DNA of 64,000 bases from Thermodesulfobacteriota bacterium (lineage in GTDB: Bacteria; Desulfobacterota; Desulfarculia; JACQYL01), in the NCBI GenBank assembly GCA_963675595.2, contig CAXXLZ010000002.1, positions 2,272,001 to 2,336,000 on the forward strand. Reading direction: 5' to 3'. Shown here in pieces: positions 50,228 to 60,052 of this stretch. Both the position numbers and the translations under genes were made by a program. Position 1 is the first letter of the stretch; each line of letters begins with the position of its first letter. Under the pieces are notes generated by a model. It ran no database searches and had not been told where the DNA came from. It was given only the letters and a program-made list of their open reading frames with translations.

Positions 50228-51364
50228 CTATTCCTGAAAATACTCCCAGACCTTGTCCGCCAGCATGATGGACTTGGTCGCTTCGAACAGCCGTATGGCT
50301 TCTTCGTAAACGTGCACCGTAATGCGCCTCTTGTATGGCTCATCCAGCGTATTGAATCGATCCGAGAACTGCTTGTTCGCCTTCTTGATATTGCCGCCCG
50401 TGTTTCCGGTTTCGACGGCCCAGGCCCACATTTCCTCCCAAAGCTCATCGGAAACGCCGCGATACGGCCTGCGCACATAGCTTTTGTCTTCGTTGGTAAT
50501 CGCGTTTCCGTTGAAATCCATGGCGATACCGAACGCGATGTTTTGCCAGAAGGTGCCCACGTTCCCTTTCCGGATGCCGTATTTGATGAATTCTTTGATC
50601 TTGTCCATGGAGGTTCCGGTAATCCCGTGTTGCGCGATGTCCACCCCCCATTCCTGGACGGCTTCATAAATATGGCCGGTGAGCTCCAACTGGATCCCTT
50701 CTTGCGCTTCCCCTCCGAAATAGGTGCCGTGAATCGAACCGTTATTGATGGCCAACAAATCGGGGTGAATCCCGGCCTGATTCAGTTCTCCGATAAACCA
50801 GCGTGCTTCCTCGGGCTGAGTGAAGCCTTCCGCGGTTCCTTTCTTGGCTCCGATTTCCCCAAGCTCCACTTCGAGGGACAAGCCGGCTTCCTGCACGATC
50901 TTTCCCAGTTCGATGGTGGCCTGTAAATTCTTGTCGTTCTCCATGTGGGAGGCGTCCACCGCAAAAGAGGTGAAACCGGCCTCCAGCTGTTCGTGAATCA
51001 AATCGGCGACCTTGGAAACCTCGTCCGGGCTCTTCACCCCCAAGTGATCGGCGTGAATTGCAAAAGGAACATAGGTGTTTCCGAGACTTTCGTGCACTTC
51101 CATGACCGCGTCGACAAAGGATTTGGGGTTGAACTCCGTGTAAGCCAACTCCGATTTGGCGATCTCGTACATCATGGGCGCACCGGTGGCCATAGAGGCC
51201 CGCGCCAACCCCTCCATGGGGAGTTTGCAGCGCATGTTCGTGGCCATGATCATGGCGGTGTATTTTTTGGCTGTCTTAACCAAGGCTTTTCCGTTGATCA
51301 ACGGCACCTTGGAGTCCTTAAATCGGGCCTTGACGTTATCCGGCCTCAAGTCCGCATAATCCAT
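50228..51364 (-). CDS. fba: Class II fructose-bisphosphate aldolase
   Basis: IHADH, FTSFAVDASH, EVELGEIG, NGSIHG, AQHGITG, KGNVGT. Confidence 0.88.
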   Translation of the reverse strand: MDYADLRPDNVKARFKDSKVPLINGKALVKTAKKYTAMIMATNMRCKLPMEGLARASMATGAPMMYEIAKSELAYTEFNPKSFVDAVMEVHESLGNTYVPFAIHADHLGVKSPDEVSKVADLIHEQLEAGFTSFAVDASHMENDKNLQATIELGKIVQEAGLSLEVELGEIGAKKGTAEGFTQPEEARWFIGELNQAGIHPDLLAINNGSIHGTYFGGEAQEGIQLELTGHIYEAVQEWGVDIAQHGITGTSMDKIKEFIKYGIRKGNVGTFWQNIAFGIAMDFNGNAITNEDKSYVRRPYRGVSDELWEEMWAWAVETGNTGGNIKKANKQFSDRFNTLDEPYKRRITVHVYEEAIRLFEATKSIMLADKVWEYFQE

Positions 51365-51650
51365 GGGTCTCCTTCCTGATTAGCCGATGGGAATCGGATT
51401 CGTCGTTGGGGTTCCTTCGGCGCTCACCGGTTGTCGATCCGGTCCTTTGGAACGCCGGTGAGGTACGGGGCTTGGGTTGAAGAAATCGGCGAAATGGTTG
51501 GAGGTGGTGTTTTGTGGTCTCGGGTTCGCAACATGGCCGCGCCATGCAGCGAAGATGCGACCAAAAATCATACGGCTTCCGTGGAAACGGAGGAAGCGTC
51601 CGTTGTGGACGCCCCCCGGAAAAAATCACTGCTGCCGTCGGCGAACGTCT

Positions 51651-52667
51651 TTAGAGGTCCCGAGCCAGAACCTCGGCAATCTGAACCGCATTGGCCGCCG
51701 CGCCTTTACGTACATTATCCGCGGCCACCCACATAATCAACCCGTTGTTGTCCGTGGAGAGGTCTTCGCGGATTCGTCCCACCCAGGTAAGATCCTGGCC
51801 TGCGACATCCACAGGCAGGGGATACTCGTTCCGTTCCACTCGGTCCTTCACAAGAATCCCCGGAGCCGCGGAAAGCAATTCCCTCGCCTTTTCCACGGAC
51901 AGAGGCCGTTCCGTCTCGATATGCACCGTCTCACTGTGACCGTACAATACCGGGACCCGCACCGTGGTTGCGGAGATCCGAATGGTGTCGTCCTCCAGAA
52001 TCTTCCGGGTTTCGTTCACCATCTTCATTTCTTCCTTGGTGTAGCCGTTGTCCAAAAAGACGTCGATGTGTGGAAGCACATTGAATGCGATGGGGTGAGG
52101 GTACACCTTGGGTTGAAAGGACTCACCGCTCAGTATGGCGCGTACCTGGTCCATCAGTTCGGTTACGCCTTTTTGACCCGTTCCCGATACGGCTTGATAG
52201 GTCGACACAATGACTCTCGTGATCCGAGCGTAGTCGTGCAACGGTTTGAGCGCCACGACCATTTGGATGGTCGAACAGTTGGGATTGGCGATGATGCCTT
52301 TGTGGTCTCGAATCCGGTGAGGATTGACTTCGGGCACCACCAGCGGAATTTCCGGATCCATGCGGAAGGCGCTGGAATTATCCACCACCACGGCCCCGGC
52401 CGCAGCCGCAATGGGAGCGAATTCCCTGCTCACGGAAGCTCCGGCCGAAAATAGAGCAATATCGATACCCTGAAAGGATTCGGAGCCCAGCACCTCCACC
52501 GGGATCTCGTTTCCCTTGAATTTCAATAGCTTACCTCGCGACTTCTCGGAGGCCAGAAGTCTAAGGTTGCCCACGGGAAAGTCTCGTTCCTCAAGGCTGA
52601 TGATCATCTGATTGCCGACGGCGCCCGTGGCTCCCACCACCGCTACATTCAACTCCCGCTGAGACAT
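51651..52667 (-). CDS. asd: Aspartate-semialdehyde dehydrogenase
   Basis: GATGAVG, DNSSAFRM, ANPNCST, YQAVSG, RVPV..GHSE, DNVRKGAA.NAVQIAE. Confidence 0.97.
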   Translation of the reverse strand: MSQRELNVAVVGATGAVGNQMIISLEERDFPVGNLRLLASEKSRGKLLKFKGNEIPVEVLGSESFQGIDIALFSAGASVSREFAPIAAAAGAVVVDNSSAFRMDPEIPLVVPEVNPHRIRDHKGIIANPNCSTIQMVVALKPLHDYARITRVIVSTYQAVSGTGQKGVTELMDQVRAILSGESFQPKVYPHPIAFNVLPHIDVFLDNGYTKEEMKMVNETRKILEDDTIRISATTVRVPVLYGHSETVHIETERPLSVEKARELLSAAPGILVKDRVERNEYPLPVDVAGQDLTWVGRIREDLSTDNNGLIMWVAADNVRKGAAANAVQIAEVLARDL

Positions 52668-52743
52668 ACTCGATCTTCTCCCTCTATCCTTCAGTACTTT
52701 TCAATCTCCGCCAAGGAGACCGACCCTTCCACGGGACGAGCCC

Positions 52744-53532
52744 CTAACCCCTGGTCTCACTTGAGGCGGGCTCGGATTCGTTCTTGGGAACCTCCTCCGT
52801 CTGCGGCTTTCGTTTCCGGAGCACAAAACCGACCGGTCCACTCAATACGTAGCAGACTCCGAGGAGGAACAGCATCACCTGCGGCTTGGCGGCAACAACC
52901 ACGAAAAGGAGCAGCGCCGCAACCAGCGTATTGAAAGATCTTTTCCTGAAAAAATCCAGATCCTTAATGCTGAAAAACTTGACGGTACTTACCATGAAGA
53001 ACGACAGGACGTAAATCTCGACCATGACCAGAGTCTGGTGCTCGACGGGGGAGATTTCCATATGGCGTAAGAACAACACCGTTGTCGCAAGCATCCCGGC
53101 CGCAGCGGGGATCGGTAAGCCGTTGAAAAACTTGGAGCTGATTTGACCCGTTTGAACGTTGAATCTGGCCAATCGTAAAGCGCCGCATGCCATGAAGAGG
53201 AACGCGGCAAGCCAGCCGAGCCGCCCGATGGACTCAAAAGCCCACAGATAGGCCATCAACGCCGGAGCCAATCCAAAAGCAATCAGATCGGCGAGAGAAT
53301 CGTATTCCACCCCGAAACGCGAGGTCGAGTGCGTCAGGCGTGCGATATGGCCGTCCAGTCCGTCGAACAGGATGGAGCCGAGGATGGCGAAAGCGGCCTG
53401 ATGGAATTGACCGTGTATCGAGGAGACGATGGAATAGAAACCCAGAAAAAGGCTGGCGGTGGTGATCAAGTTCGGAAGTAAATAGATGCCGCGCCTTTTC
53501 CGGGACGAGTTCTTCTTACGTCTTTTCCTCAT
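52744..53532 (-). CDS. pssA: CDP-diacylglycerol--serine O-phosphatidyltransferase
   Basis: LPNLIT, DGLDG.IAR...S.FGVEYDSLAD, RLARFN, GLPIP. Confidence 0.95.
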   Translation of the reverse strand: MRKRRKKNSSRKRRGIYLLPNLITTASLFLGFYSIVSSIHGQFHQAAFAILGSILFDGLDGHIARLTHSTSRFGVEYDSLADLIAFGLAPALMAYLWAFESIGRLGWLAAFLFMACGALRLARFNVQTGQISSKFFNGLPIPAAAGMLATTVLFLRHMEISPVEHQTLVMVEIYVLSFFMVSTVKFFSIKDLDFFRKRSFNTLVAALLLFVVVAAKPQVMLFLLGVCYVLSGPVGFVLRKRKPQTEEVPKNESEPASSETRG

Positions 53533-54173
53533 GACAACACCCCCAAAATGGACTCTCCCGCACGAACCCGCTCTTTGGGTCCGACCTTGGGCTCGAAAGA
53601 AACGGGCAAATAAACGTCGACTCTTGATCCGAATCGAATCAAACCGAATCGACCGCCCTTTTCCGCCCGATCACCTACTTGCGTCCAACAAACGATTCGC
53701 CGTGCGATCAGTCCCGCCACCTGCACCACGACGACTTTTTGGCCTGAGTCCGTCTCCAGGACCACCGCACACTGCTCGTTCCCCGACATGGCTTCTTCCC
53801 GGTCGGCCGGCACGAAACCGCCCGGTCGATACGCCAGATGCCGTACCGTCCCCCGGACCGGGAAACGGTTCACGTGCACATTGAATACGGACATGAACAC
53901 GCTGATGCGCACGCATTCTCCGCCGTAATAACGACTCTCCGTTCCCCGCTTGACAGACAAAACCACGCCGTCCGCCGGCGACAGAACAAATTCCTCGCCG
54001 TATGTGGCCGTTCGCTCCGGATCACGGAAAAAGTAGGCGGTGAACAAGGTGGCGACGAGTCCCAAGATTGCCGGCGGCCACCACCCCAAGACGGCAAACA
54101 CCAGCGTACAGAATCCGCCCGCCAACACGAAAGGAAATCCCTCTTTCGCCAGGGGAAAACGTTCCTCCTTCAC
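53529..54173 (-). CDS. psd: Phosphatidylserine decarboxylase proenzyme
   Basis: FFRDPER, SPADG, FMSVFNVHVNR, IRFGSRVD self-cleavage motif. Confidence 0.95.
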   Translation of the reverse strand: MKEERFPLAKEGFPFVLAGGFCTLVFAVLGWWPPAILGLVATLFTAYFFRDPERTATYGEEFVLSPADGVVLSVKRGTESRYYGGECVRISVFMSVFNVHVNRFPVRGTVRHLAYRPGGFVPADREEAMSGNEQCAVVLETDSGQKVVVVQVAGLIARRIVCWTQVGDRAEKGGRFGLIRFGSRVDVYLPVSFEPKVGPKERVRAGESILGVLS

Positions 54174-54191
54174 GGCAGGTTACCGGGGAAA

Positions 54192-54419
54192 CTAACGGTT
54201 TTTTCGATATTCGGCAATGATCTGTTCAATACGATCCCGCCCCGAAAGCTTAAGCTTCTGAAGACGCTTCCGTTCAATTGCATCTTCGGGGGAAAGATAC
54301 GCGCGGCTGTTAAGATCTTCGATTTGTTTTTCAAATTCGTCATGTTCCGTCATGAGCTGTTTAAGCTCTTCGTTTTGCGGCATCAGACTACGGATCAGCT
54401 CAATATCCTCGTGTTCCAT
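54192..54419 (-). CDS. Small coiled-coil protein (DUF465/YdcH-like)
   Basis: L..EH..FE...L..R.YLSPE...ERKRLQKLKL.GRD.I; RBS GGGGAG. Confidence 0.8.
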   Translation of the reverse strand: MEHEDIELIRSLMPQNEELKQLMTEHDEFEKQIEDLNSRAYLSPEDAIERKRLQKLKLSGRDRIEQIIAEYRKNR

Positions 54420-54529
54420 ATACTCCCCCTGGGCGTGGCATACCAGCGCCGGTGTGAAAGCCTGGGATGTGTGAATCGAGGGGGAACCGCCCCCCGCTCC
54501 AGGGCAACTCATTAATTTTGATAAAATTC

Positions 54530-54558
54530 ACCTTAACTTGTGTGACATTCTTTGTCAA
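54530..54558 (-). promoter_or_regulatory. Sigma-70 promoter for DUF465-psd-pssA-asd
   Basis: Minus strand TTGACA-N17-TAAGGT. Confidence 0.65.
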
Positions 54559-54582
54559 TGAACAGCCACAAAACCGAAAAGT

Positions 54583-55296
54583 TCAAAGCCCACCGCTTCC
54601 GTGCTTATCCTTGAAACGGACCTCCGCCTCGGAGCGGCGTAGATAGTTGGGAACCGCTTGGAACAACGAATCAACCTTGCCTTCCTTCAGGCGCTCCAGA
54701 CCGATACGGGCCACCTCTCCGGCTCTCACATGATGTACGTCCCCTTGCGGAATGACGGCTTTTTTCCCCAGAGTCTCTCGAATGGTCTCCGAATACTTCA
54801 GCGCCCCGTCGCCAACAAGAATCACGTCTCCCCGCTCCGCCAGTCCGGCAAGCCACGGCCCGGGCTCCACGGCTTCCTCCTCTCCCATCAGTTCCAGTCG
54901 GCCTCGGGACGACCGGCGATACTCCGCTGTAAAGAGCTGACCTTTCCGGGCATCCAAGGTGGGGAGGACGGGATGGGAGGACACGGCAACGTTTCCGGCG
55001 AGAGCTTCCAGGGAGGAAACCCCTATGAGAGGCTTTGCGAGAGCGTAGGCCAAGCCTTTGGCCGCGGACAATCCGATCCGCAGGCCGGTGAAGCTCCCCG
55101 GCCCGATGGTCACGGCGATCCCATCGACTTCTCTCAGGGGAATTCCACAGGCTTCCGTGAGGCGCCTAATCAGATCGTGAAGGCGCGAAGCATGCCCTCG
55201 GAGCACTCGAAGAGTGAGCTCCCCCAACACGCCTTCCGAGTCATACAGACAGACTCCGCCCATCATCCCCGATGTATCGAGGGCCAGTACCCGCAT
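54583..55296 (-). CDS. tsaB: tRNA t6A biosynthesis protein
   Basis: LALDTS, GPGSFTGLRIG, DARK, PNYLRRSEAE. Confidence 0.95.
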   Translation of the reverse strand: MRVLALDTSGMMGGVCLYDSEGVLGELTLRVLRGHASRLHDLIRRLTEACGIPLREVDGIAVTIGPGSFTGLRIGLSAAKGLAYALAKPLIGVSSLEALAGNVAVSSHPVLPTLDARKGQLFTAEYRRSSRGRLELMGEEEAVEPGPWLAGLAERGDVILVGDGALKYSETIRETLGKKAVIPQGDVHHVRAGEVARIGLERLKEGKVDSLFQAVPNYLRRSEAEVRFKDKHGSGGL

Positions 55297-55305
55297 TGTC
55301 GGATA

Positions 55306-56382
55306 CTAACGGAGCAGCCGGGTGATATCGTTATAGAACACAAAAACCATCAGCACGGCCAACATCACAAAGCCCACCTGTTGTGCGATCTCGCGTTTTC
55401 GGATGCTCACAGGCTTGTGCATGATCATCTCCAGAAACAGGAAGAGCAGATGCCCGCCGTCCAGAACGGGAATGGGAAGGAGATTCAGAATCCCGAGAGA
55501 AATACTGATCACTCCCATGAAATACAGCAGGTTAAGAGCACCCTCACGGGCCTGCTGACCGGCCAACTGTGCAATGAGAATCGGTCCTCCCACCGAATCG
55601 GCGGGAATCTTTCGCTGGATCAATCGCACCACACTGAGTACGGTTACTTTAGAGACCCAAAAAGTGTTGCCGAACCCGTATTTGACGGCGCCGAGAAATC
55701 CGACTTTCTCCCAGATCAGCTTTCCGGAAGGCGAAATGCCGATTACAGGAACCGGCTGCTCTTCGTCCAACGGGCTGGTCTTAAGTTCGGTCACCCTGGG
55801 TTGAATTTCATACTTGAGTTCCCGACCATCGCGAAGCACGGTGATCCCAATGGGCTTACCGCCGCTCTCCCGGATCAGAACGGCCATGTCCTCCCACTTC
55901 TCCACCGGGACTCCGCTCACGGACGTGACCGTGTCTCCAGCCTGAAGCCCCGCTTGGGCCGCAGGATAGTCCGGCTGGACCGTCCCGATTTCCGTGGTCA
56001 CGGTTCCGAGGCCCGCAACCCAGGCCAGAAGAAAGAAAATGAAAACCGCCAAGATGAAATTGAACAACGGCCCGGAAAAAACAATGAGAAATCGTTGAAG
56101 CGCATTCTTGTGAGAAAAGGACCTCTCCAGCTTGTCTTCGCTGACCATGTCGGCCGGATTCTCGCCTACCAGCTTGACGAATCCCCCCAATGGGACCAAG
56201 GAAACCCGATAGTCGGTTTCGCCGATCTTCTTGCCGAACAGACGGCGTCCAAAGCCCAAAGAGAACACCTCCACCTCCACGCCGAACAGCTTCGCCATGA
56301 TGAAGTGCCCAAACTCGTGGAAGAAAATCAGCACCCCGAGGACGATGGCGGTGGAATAAATCGTATGAGCAAAATTTTCCAT
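55306..56382 (-). CDS. rseP: RIP metalloprotease
   Basis: HEFGH, PLGGFV, single PDZ domain, NLLPIPVLDGG. Confidence 0.95.
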   Translation of the reverse strand: MENFAHTIYSTAIVLGVLIFFHEFGHFIMAKLFGVEVEVFSLGFGRRLFGKKIGETDYRVSLVPLGGFVKLVGENPADMVSEDKLERSFSHKNALQRFLIVFSGPLFNFILAVFIFFLLAWVAGLGTVTTEIGTVQPDYPAAQAGLQAGDTVTSVSGVPVEKWEDMAVLIRESGGKPIGITVLRDGRELKYEIQPRVTELKTSPLDEEQPVPVIGISPSGKLIWEKVGFLGAVKYGFGNTFWVSKVTVLSVVRLIQRKIPADSVGGPILIAQLAGQQAREGALNLLYFMGVISISLGILNLLPIPVLDGGHLLFLFLEMIMHKPVSIRKREIAQQVGFVMLAVLMVFVFYNDITRLLR

Positions 56383-56388
56383 AAGGTC

Positions 56389-57573
56389 TCAAAACTCCTT
56401 GACGTTCGCGAGACCGAAAGCCGTATCACGGGCCCAGCGATCAGCCTCCAGAATGTCCTCGAGGTTTGTTTCTTCTGTGGAATCGTGCCTTTCCATGGTT
56501 TCCTGAATAATCACGGGAATGTCCAGATATCCGATCTTTGATTGGAGAAAAAGGGATACGGCCGTCTCATTGGCCGCGTTCAGCACCGCCGGCAAGGTGC
56601 CGCCGGCCCGCCCCGCCTCTACAGCCAGCCGGAGACAGGGAAATCTTTCCAAGTCCGGCTTCTCAAAGGTCAACGTTCCGACGTCGAACAAATTCAATTT
56701 GGGCAGATCGAGGGGAAGACGTTCAGGATAAGCAACGGCAAAGGCAATGGGAATTCGCATGTCCGGCAGGCTCAGATGAGCTACGACGGAACCGTCGCAG
56801 TACTCCACCATGGAGTGGACAATGCTTTGGGGATGAATGTGCACGTCTATGGCATCCATCGGAAGATCGAAGAACCATTTCGCTTCAATGGCCTCCAGAC
56901 CTTTGTTCATCAATGTGGAAGAATCGATGGTCACTTTGGGGCCCATGTTCCAGGTTGGATGAGCCAGCGCTTGCTCGGGTCCGAGCCGTCTCATATCTTC
57001 CGCAGGTGTATTGCGAAACGGTCCCCCCGAAGCGGTCAACAAAATTCGGCACACTTCCGATCGAGCGTGCCCCATCATACACTGAAAAATGGCGTTGTGC
57101 TCGCTGTCCACGGGAAGAATTACCACGCCCCGTTTTCGGGCTTCCGTCATCACCAAAGCGCCCGCCATGACCAGAGTCTCCTTGTTGGCCAGCGCGATGT
57201 TTCTTCCAGCCCGAATCGCCTGGAGCGTAGGCATGAGTCCCGCGGCCCCCACTACGGCGGAGACCACTAGGTCCGATTCAAGAACGGCCGTCTCGATCAA
57301 ACCGTCGCGCCCGCTCAGCACTCGAACGTCCGACGGCAACCGGTCTCTCAGAAGAGCGGCCTCCCGTTCCCCAAGGATGGAAACGGCCTCCGGGCGAAAC
57401 CTCAATGCCTGCTGAAGCAACAGCTCCCAGTTGTTCCCGGCGGCCAAACCCACCACCCGGAACTTCTCCGGGAAACGGGATACGATGTCCAAGGTGTTGG
57501 TTCCAATGGAACCCGTAGACCCCAAAACAACGAGTCGTTTGGCTTCTTGTTTCTCATCCCTGCGAGTAGTCAT
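56389..57573 (-). CDS. dxr: 1-deoxy-D-xylulose-5-phosphate reductoisomerase
   Basis: LGSTGSIG, ANKE, PVDSEH, TASGGPF, HPTWNMG, NKGLE, NAANE. Confidence 0.97.
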   Translation of the reverse strand: MTTRRDEKQEAKRLVVLGSTGSIGTNTLDIVSRFPEKFRVVGLAAGNNWELLLQQALRFRPEAVSILGEREAALLRDRLPSDVRVLSGRDGLIETAVLESDLVVSAVVGAAGLMPTLQAIRAGRNIALANKETLVMAGALVMTEARKRGVVILPVDSEHNAIFQCMMGHARSEVCRILLTASGGPFRNTPAEDMRRLGPEQALAHPTWNMGPKVTIDSSTLMNKGLEAIEAKWFFDLPMDAIDVHIHPQSIVHSMVEYCDGSVVAHLSLPDMRIPIAFAVAYPERLPLDLPKLNLFDVGTLTFEKPDLERFPCLRLAVEAGRAGGTLPAVLNAANETAVSLFLQSKIGYLDIPVIIQETMERHDSTEETNLEDILEADRWARDTAFGLANVKEF

Positions 57574-58382
57574 AGTCCGCCGGATCGAAAGCAGGTTAGG
57601 TAGAGGTACAGCGGAATTGCCGCGAACAAAGCCCCGTCGATGCGATCGAGCATGCCTCCATGACCCGGCAGAATTCTCCCCGAATCTTTTACTCCTCCGG
57701 CACGCTTGATCAGGGATTCGAACAGGTCTCCGACCTGGCCGAAAACCGCCAAAACCGCGAATAGTCCTATAGACTCCGCCAACGGGGCATTCGGAAAGAA
57801 CAAAGTCCGAAAAAGAAGGCCGAATCCCACGGAAAACAACAGACCGCCAAGCCCGCCCTCAACGGTCTTCTTGGGACTCACCGACGGATAAAGCCGATGT
57901 TTCCCGAAAGTCTTGCCCGTGTAAAGCGCACCGGTATCCCCGGCGAACACCACGAGCATACCGAGAGTGAGCCACCACTCCCCCTGGGGAAATAGTCTGA
58001 TCAGAACAAACACGCCGCCCAGGAGAGGAACGTATGATAACGCGAGAACCTGTTTGCCCGCCTGCACGTGCGCGCTTTCAATTCGTTGAAAGGCGAACAG
58101 ATGAAAAAGCATGCATCCCATCAGGCCCACCGCCACGGATCGAAAGAACCACTCGGACGAGCCCGTTAAAGAGACGATAAGCACAAAACAGGAAAGTGCC
58201 ATCCCCATCAGCACGTAACGTCGCTCCGGTCGCGAAGGAAAAAGAATACCAAGGAGCTCGAATTCGGCAATGGATGCTACGATGAAGATAAGCAGACAAA
58301 AATAGAAGGCCGGTAAGAGGAAGTTGATCATCAATACCAAGGCGGCCAATGTTAAGCCGGTAATCCAGCGCGCCCACCACAT
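57570..58382 (-). CDS. cdsA: Phosphatidate cytidylyltransferase
   Basis: SPKKTVEG, GDLFESLIKR, KDSG.ILPGHGGMLDRID. Confidence 0.95.
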   Translation of the reverse strand: MWWARWITGLTLAALVLMINFLLPAFYFCLLIFIVASIAEFELLGILFPSRPERRYVLMGMALSCFVLIVSLTGSSEWFFRSVAVGLMGCMLFHLFAFQRIESAHVQAGKQVLALSYVPLLGGVFVLIRLFPQGEWWLTLGMLVVFAGDTGALYTGKTFGKHRLYPSVSPKKTVEGGLGGLLFSVGFGLLFRTLFFPNAPLAESIGLFAVLAVFGQVGDLFESLIKRAGGVKDSGRILPGHGGMLDRIDGALFAAIPLYLYLTCFRSGGL

Positions 58383-58386
58383 GAAA

Positions 58387-59169
58387 TCAACCGGCCCCGC
58401 CTTCGGAGTGGACTTGATCGCCCGTCCGCCCGAACCTTCGTTGCCTTCTCCGGTACTCTTTCAGGGCATCGACGAAGTTTTCCTTGCGAAAATCGGGCCA
58501 CAGTACGGGACTCATCACAAGTTCCGTGTAGGAAATCTGCCACAGCAGAAAATTGCTGATGCGTTGTTCGCCGCTCGTGCGAATCAGCAGATCGGGATCG
58601 GGAAGACCCGCGGTGTAGAGGTGGTTCGCGAAAACCTCCTCGTTGATATCGCCGGGAGCCATTGAGCCGTCGGCACACTTCTGAGCCAAAATCCTGGCCG
58701 CGTTCACTATTTCCGAACGGCTGCTATAGCTTAGGGCCAGGTTCAAAACCATATCCTCGTTGTCGCTCGTCAGGGCGGCCACATCCCGAATCTTTTTCTG
58801 AATGGCCGACGGCAGTTTATCCCATCGACCGATAACTCGAAACTTGATGCCCCGCTCTTTGAGCTCGTCTTTCTCCCTGTCGAGGTAGCGGCCCAGCAGC
58901 CCCATCAAAGCGCTGACCTCCGCCCGAGGTCTGCTCCAGTTCTCCTCTGAAAATGCGTACAGCGTCAAGACCCCGATGCCCAGTTCCCGGCCGGCCCGCG
59001 CCACCTCACGCACGGAGTCCGCGCCTTGGTGGTGGCCCCAAATGCGCTTCCTGCCCCTCATCTGCGCCCACCGGCCGTTGCCGTCCATAATGATGGCCAC
59101 ATGTCGTGGGAGTTCCGATGGTTTCAGGTCGTGCTCCAACTCGAGTGTGCCCGCGCTCGGAGTGTTCAT
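58387..59169 (-). CDS. uppS: Undecaprenyl diphosphate synthase
   Basis: HVAIIMDGNGRWA, YAFSEENW, DPDLLIRTSGEQRISNFLLWQ, RRFG. Start codon uncertain. Confidence 0.95.
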   Translation of the reverse strand: MNTPSAGTLELEHDLKPSELPRHVAIIMDGNGRWAQMRGRKRIWGHHQGADSVREVARAGRELGIGVLTLYAFSEENWSRPRAEVSALMGLLGRYLDREKDELKERGIKFRVIGRWDKLPSAIQKKIRDVAALTSDNEDMVLNLALSYSSRSEIVNAARILAQKCADGSMAPGDINEEVFANHLYTAGLPDPDLLIRTSGEQRISNFLLWQISYTELVMSPVLWPDFRKENFVDALKEYRRRQRRFGRTGDQVHSEGGAG

Positions 59170-59477
59170 GGAGATAAACAATGAGGTATGAGATTTGGTT
59201 GGAGGCCCTTTAGACAAAGGGCTGTTCAGATCGGCGAAGCACCCGGTGTGCCCGTCCGGGTCGGATGCGCTGCATCCTTTACCGGTCGGCAATGCGGAAC
59301 GCTCCGGCCAAGATTGCTTAACCAAGATACGAGCACCCCGCACGCCGCGGTCTCCCAGCCGACCTATCGGCAGTCCTGCTTTTCATGGCGTCGGCACGGC
59401 CCCGACGTTTCGGACCGTCGGCAGCGGCGGCCTCACGGGCCGCGGCGGTGCCCCCCCGACGCCGGCAAAGCGATATC

Positions 59478-60035
59478 CTAAACCTCCATCACTTCCCGCT
59501 CTTTCTCAGCGGTGGCCTCGTCAACCCTTTTAACCCCCTCGTCGGTCAGCTTCTGGACCTCTTCCTGGCGTCTGAAAGCCTCGTCTTCGGAGATATCCCC
59601 TTCTTTCTTCAAATCCTTGATCATTTCGTTGGCTTCACGCCTGGCGTTCCGAACGGCGATCTTGGCCTCTTCACTCATCTTGCGAACGAGCTTGACCAAC
59701 TCCTTGCGGCGTTCCTCAGTCAGCATGGGGATGCTGATGCGAATCACCTTGCCGTCGTTCATGGGGGTCAACCCGAGTTCCGATTTCAATATGCCGCGCT
59801 CGATCTGACTCATGATGGTCGTGTCCCACGGTTGTACCATCAGCAGCCGGCTTTCCGGAGCGGTCAGCGTAGCCACCTGATTGATGGGCATCGTGGTCCC
59901 GTAACATTCGACCTTGACCCCTTCGAGCAAAGCCGGCGTCGCCCTTCCCGTCCTCACACGGTTGAAATCTTTCTTCAACGCCTGTAAGGCCTTGTCCATG
60001 CGCTCTTTGGCTTCTTCGATGATCTCCTCGACCAT
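59478..60035 (-). CDS. frr: Ribosome recycling factor
   Basis: RTGRA, P.NDG..IR, LTEERRKELVK, VRNARR; 185 aa. Confidence 0.97.
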   Translation of the reverse strand: MVEEIIEEAKERMDKALQALKKDFNRVRTGRATPALLEGVKVECYGTTMPINQVATLTAPESRLLMVQPWDTTIMSQIERGILKSELGLTPMNDGKVIRISIPMLTEERRKELVKLVRKMSEEAKIAVRNARREANEMIKDLKKEGDISEDEAFRRQEEVQKLTDEGVKRVDEATAEKEREVMEV

Positions 60036-60052
60036 GGGACTCCCCGCAGAAC

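Noticed and set aside
54658-56541. Long antisense ORFs (627 aa here; also 259..894, 1168..2280, 3086..4123, 4748..5722, 7741..8811, 30710..31687, 62363..63331)
   Set aside because: They are shadow frames of well-supported genes in GC-rich DNA and show no recognisable motifs.
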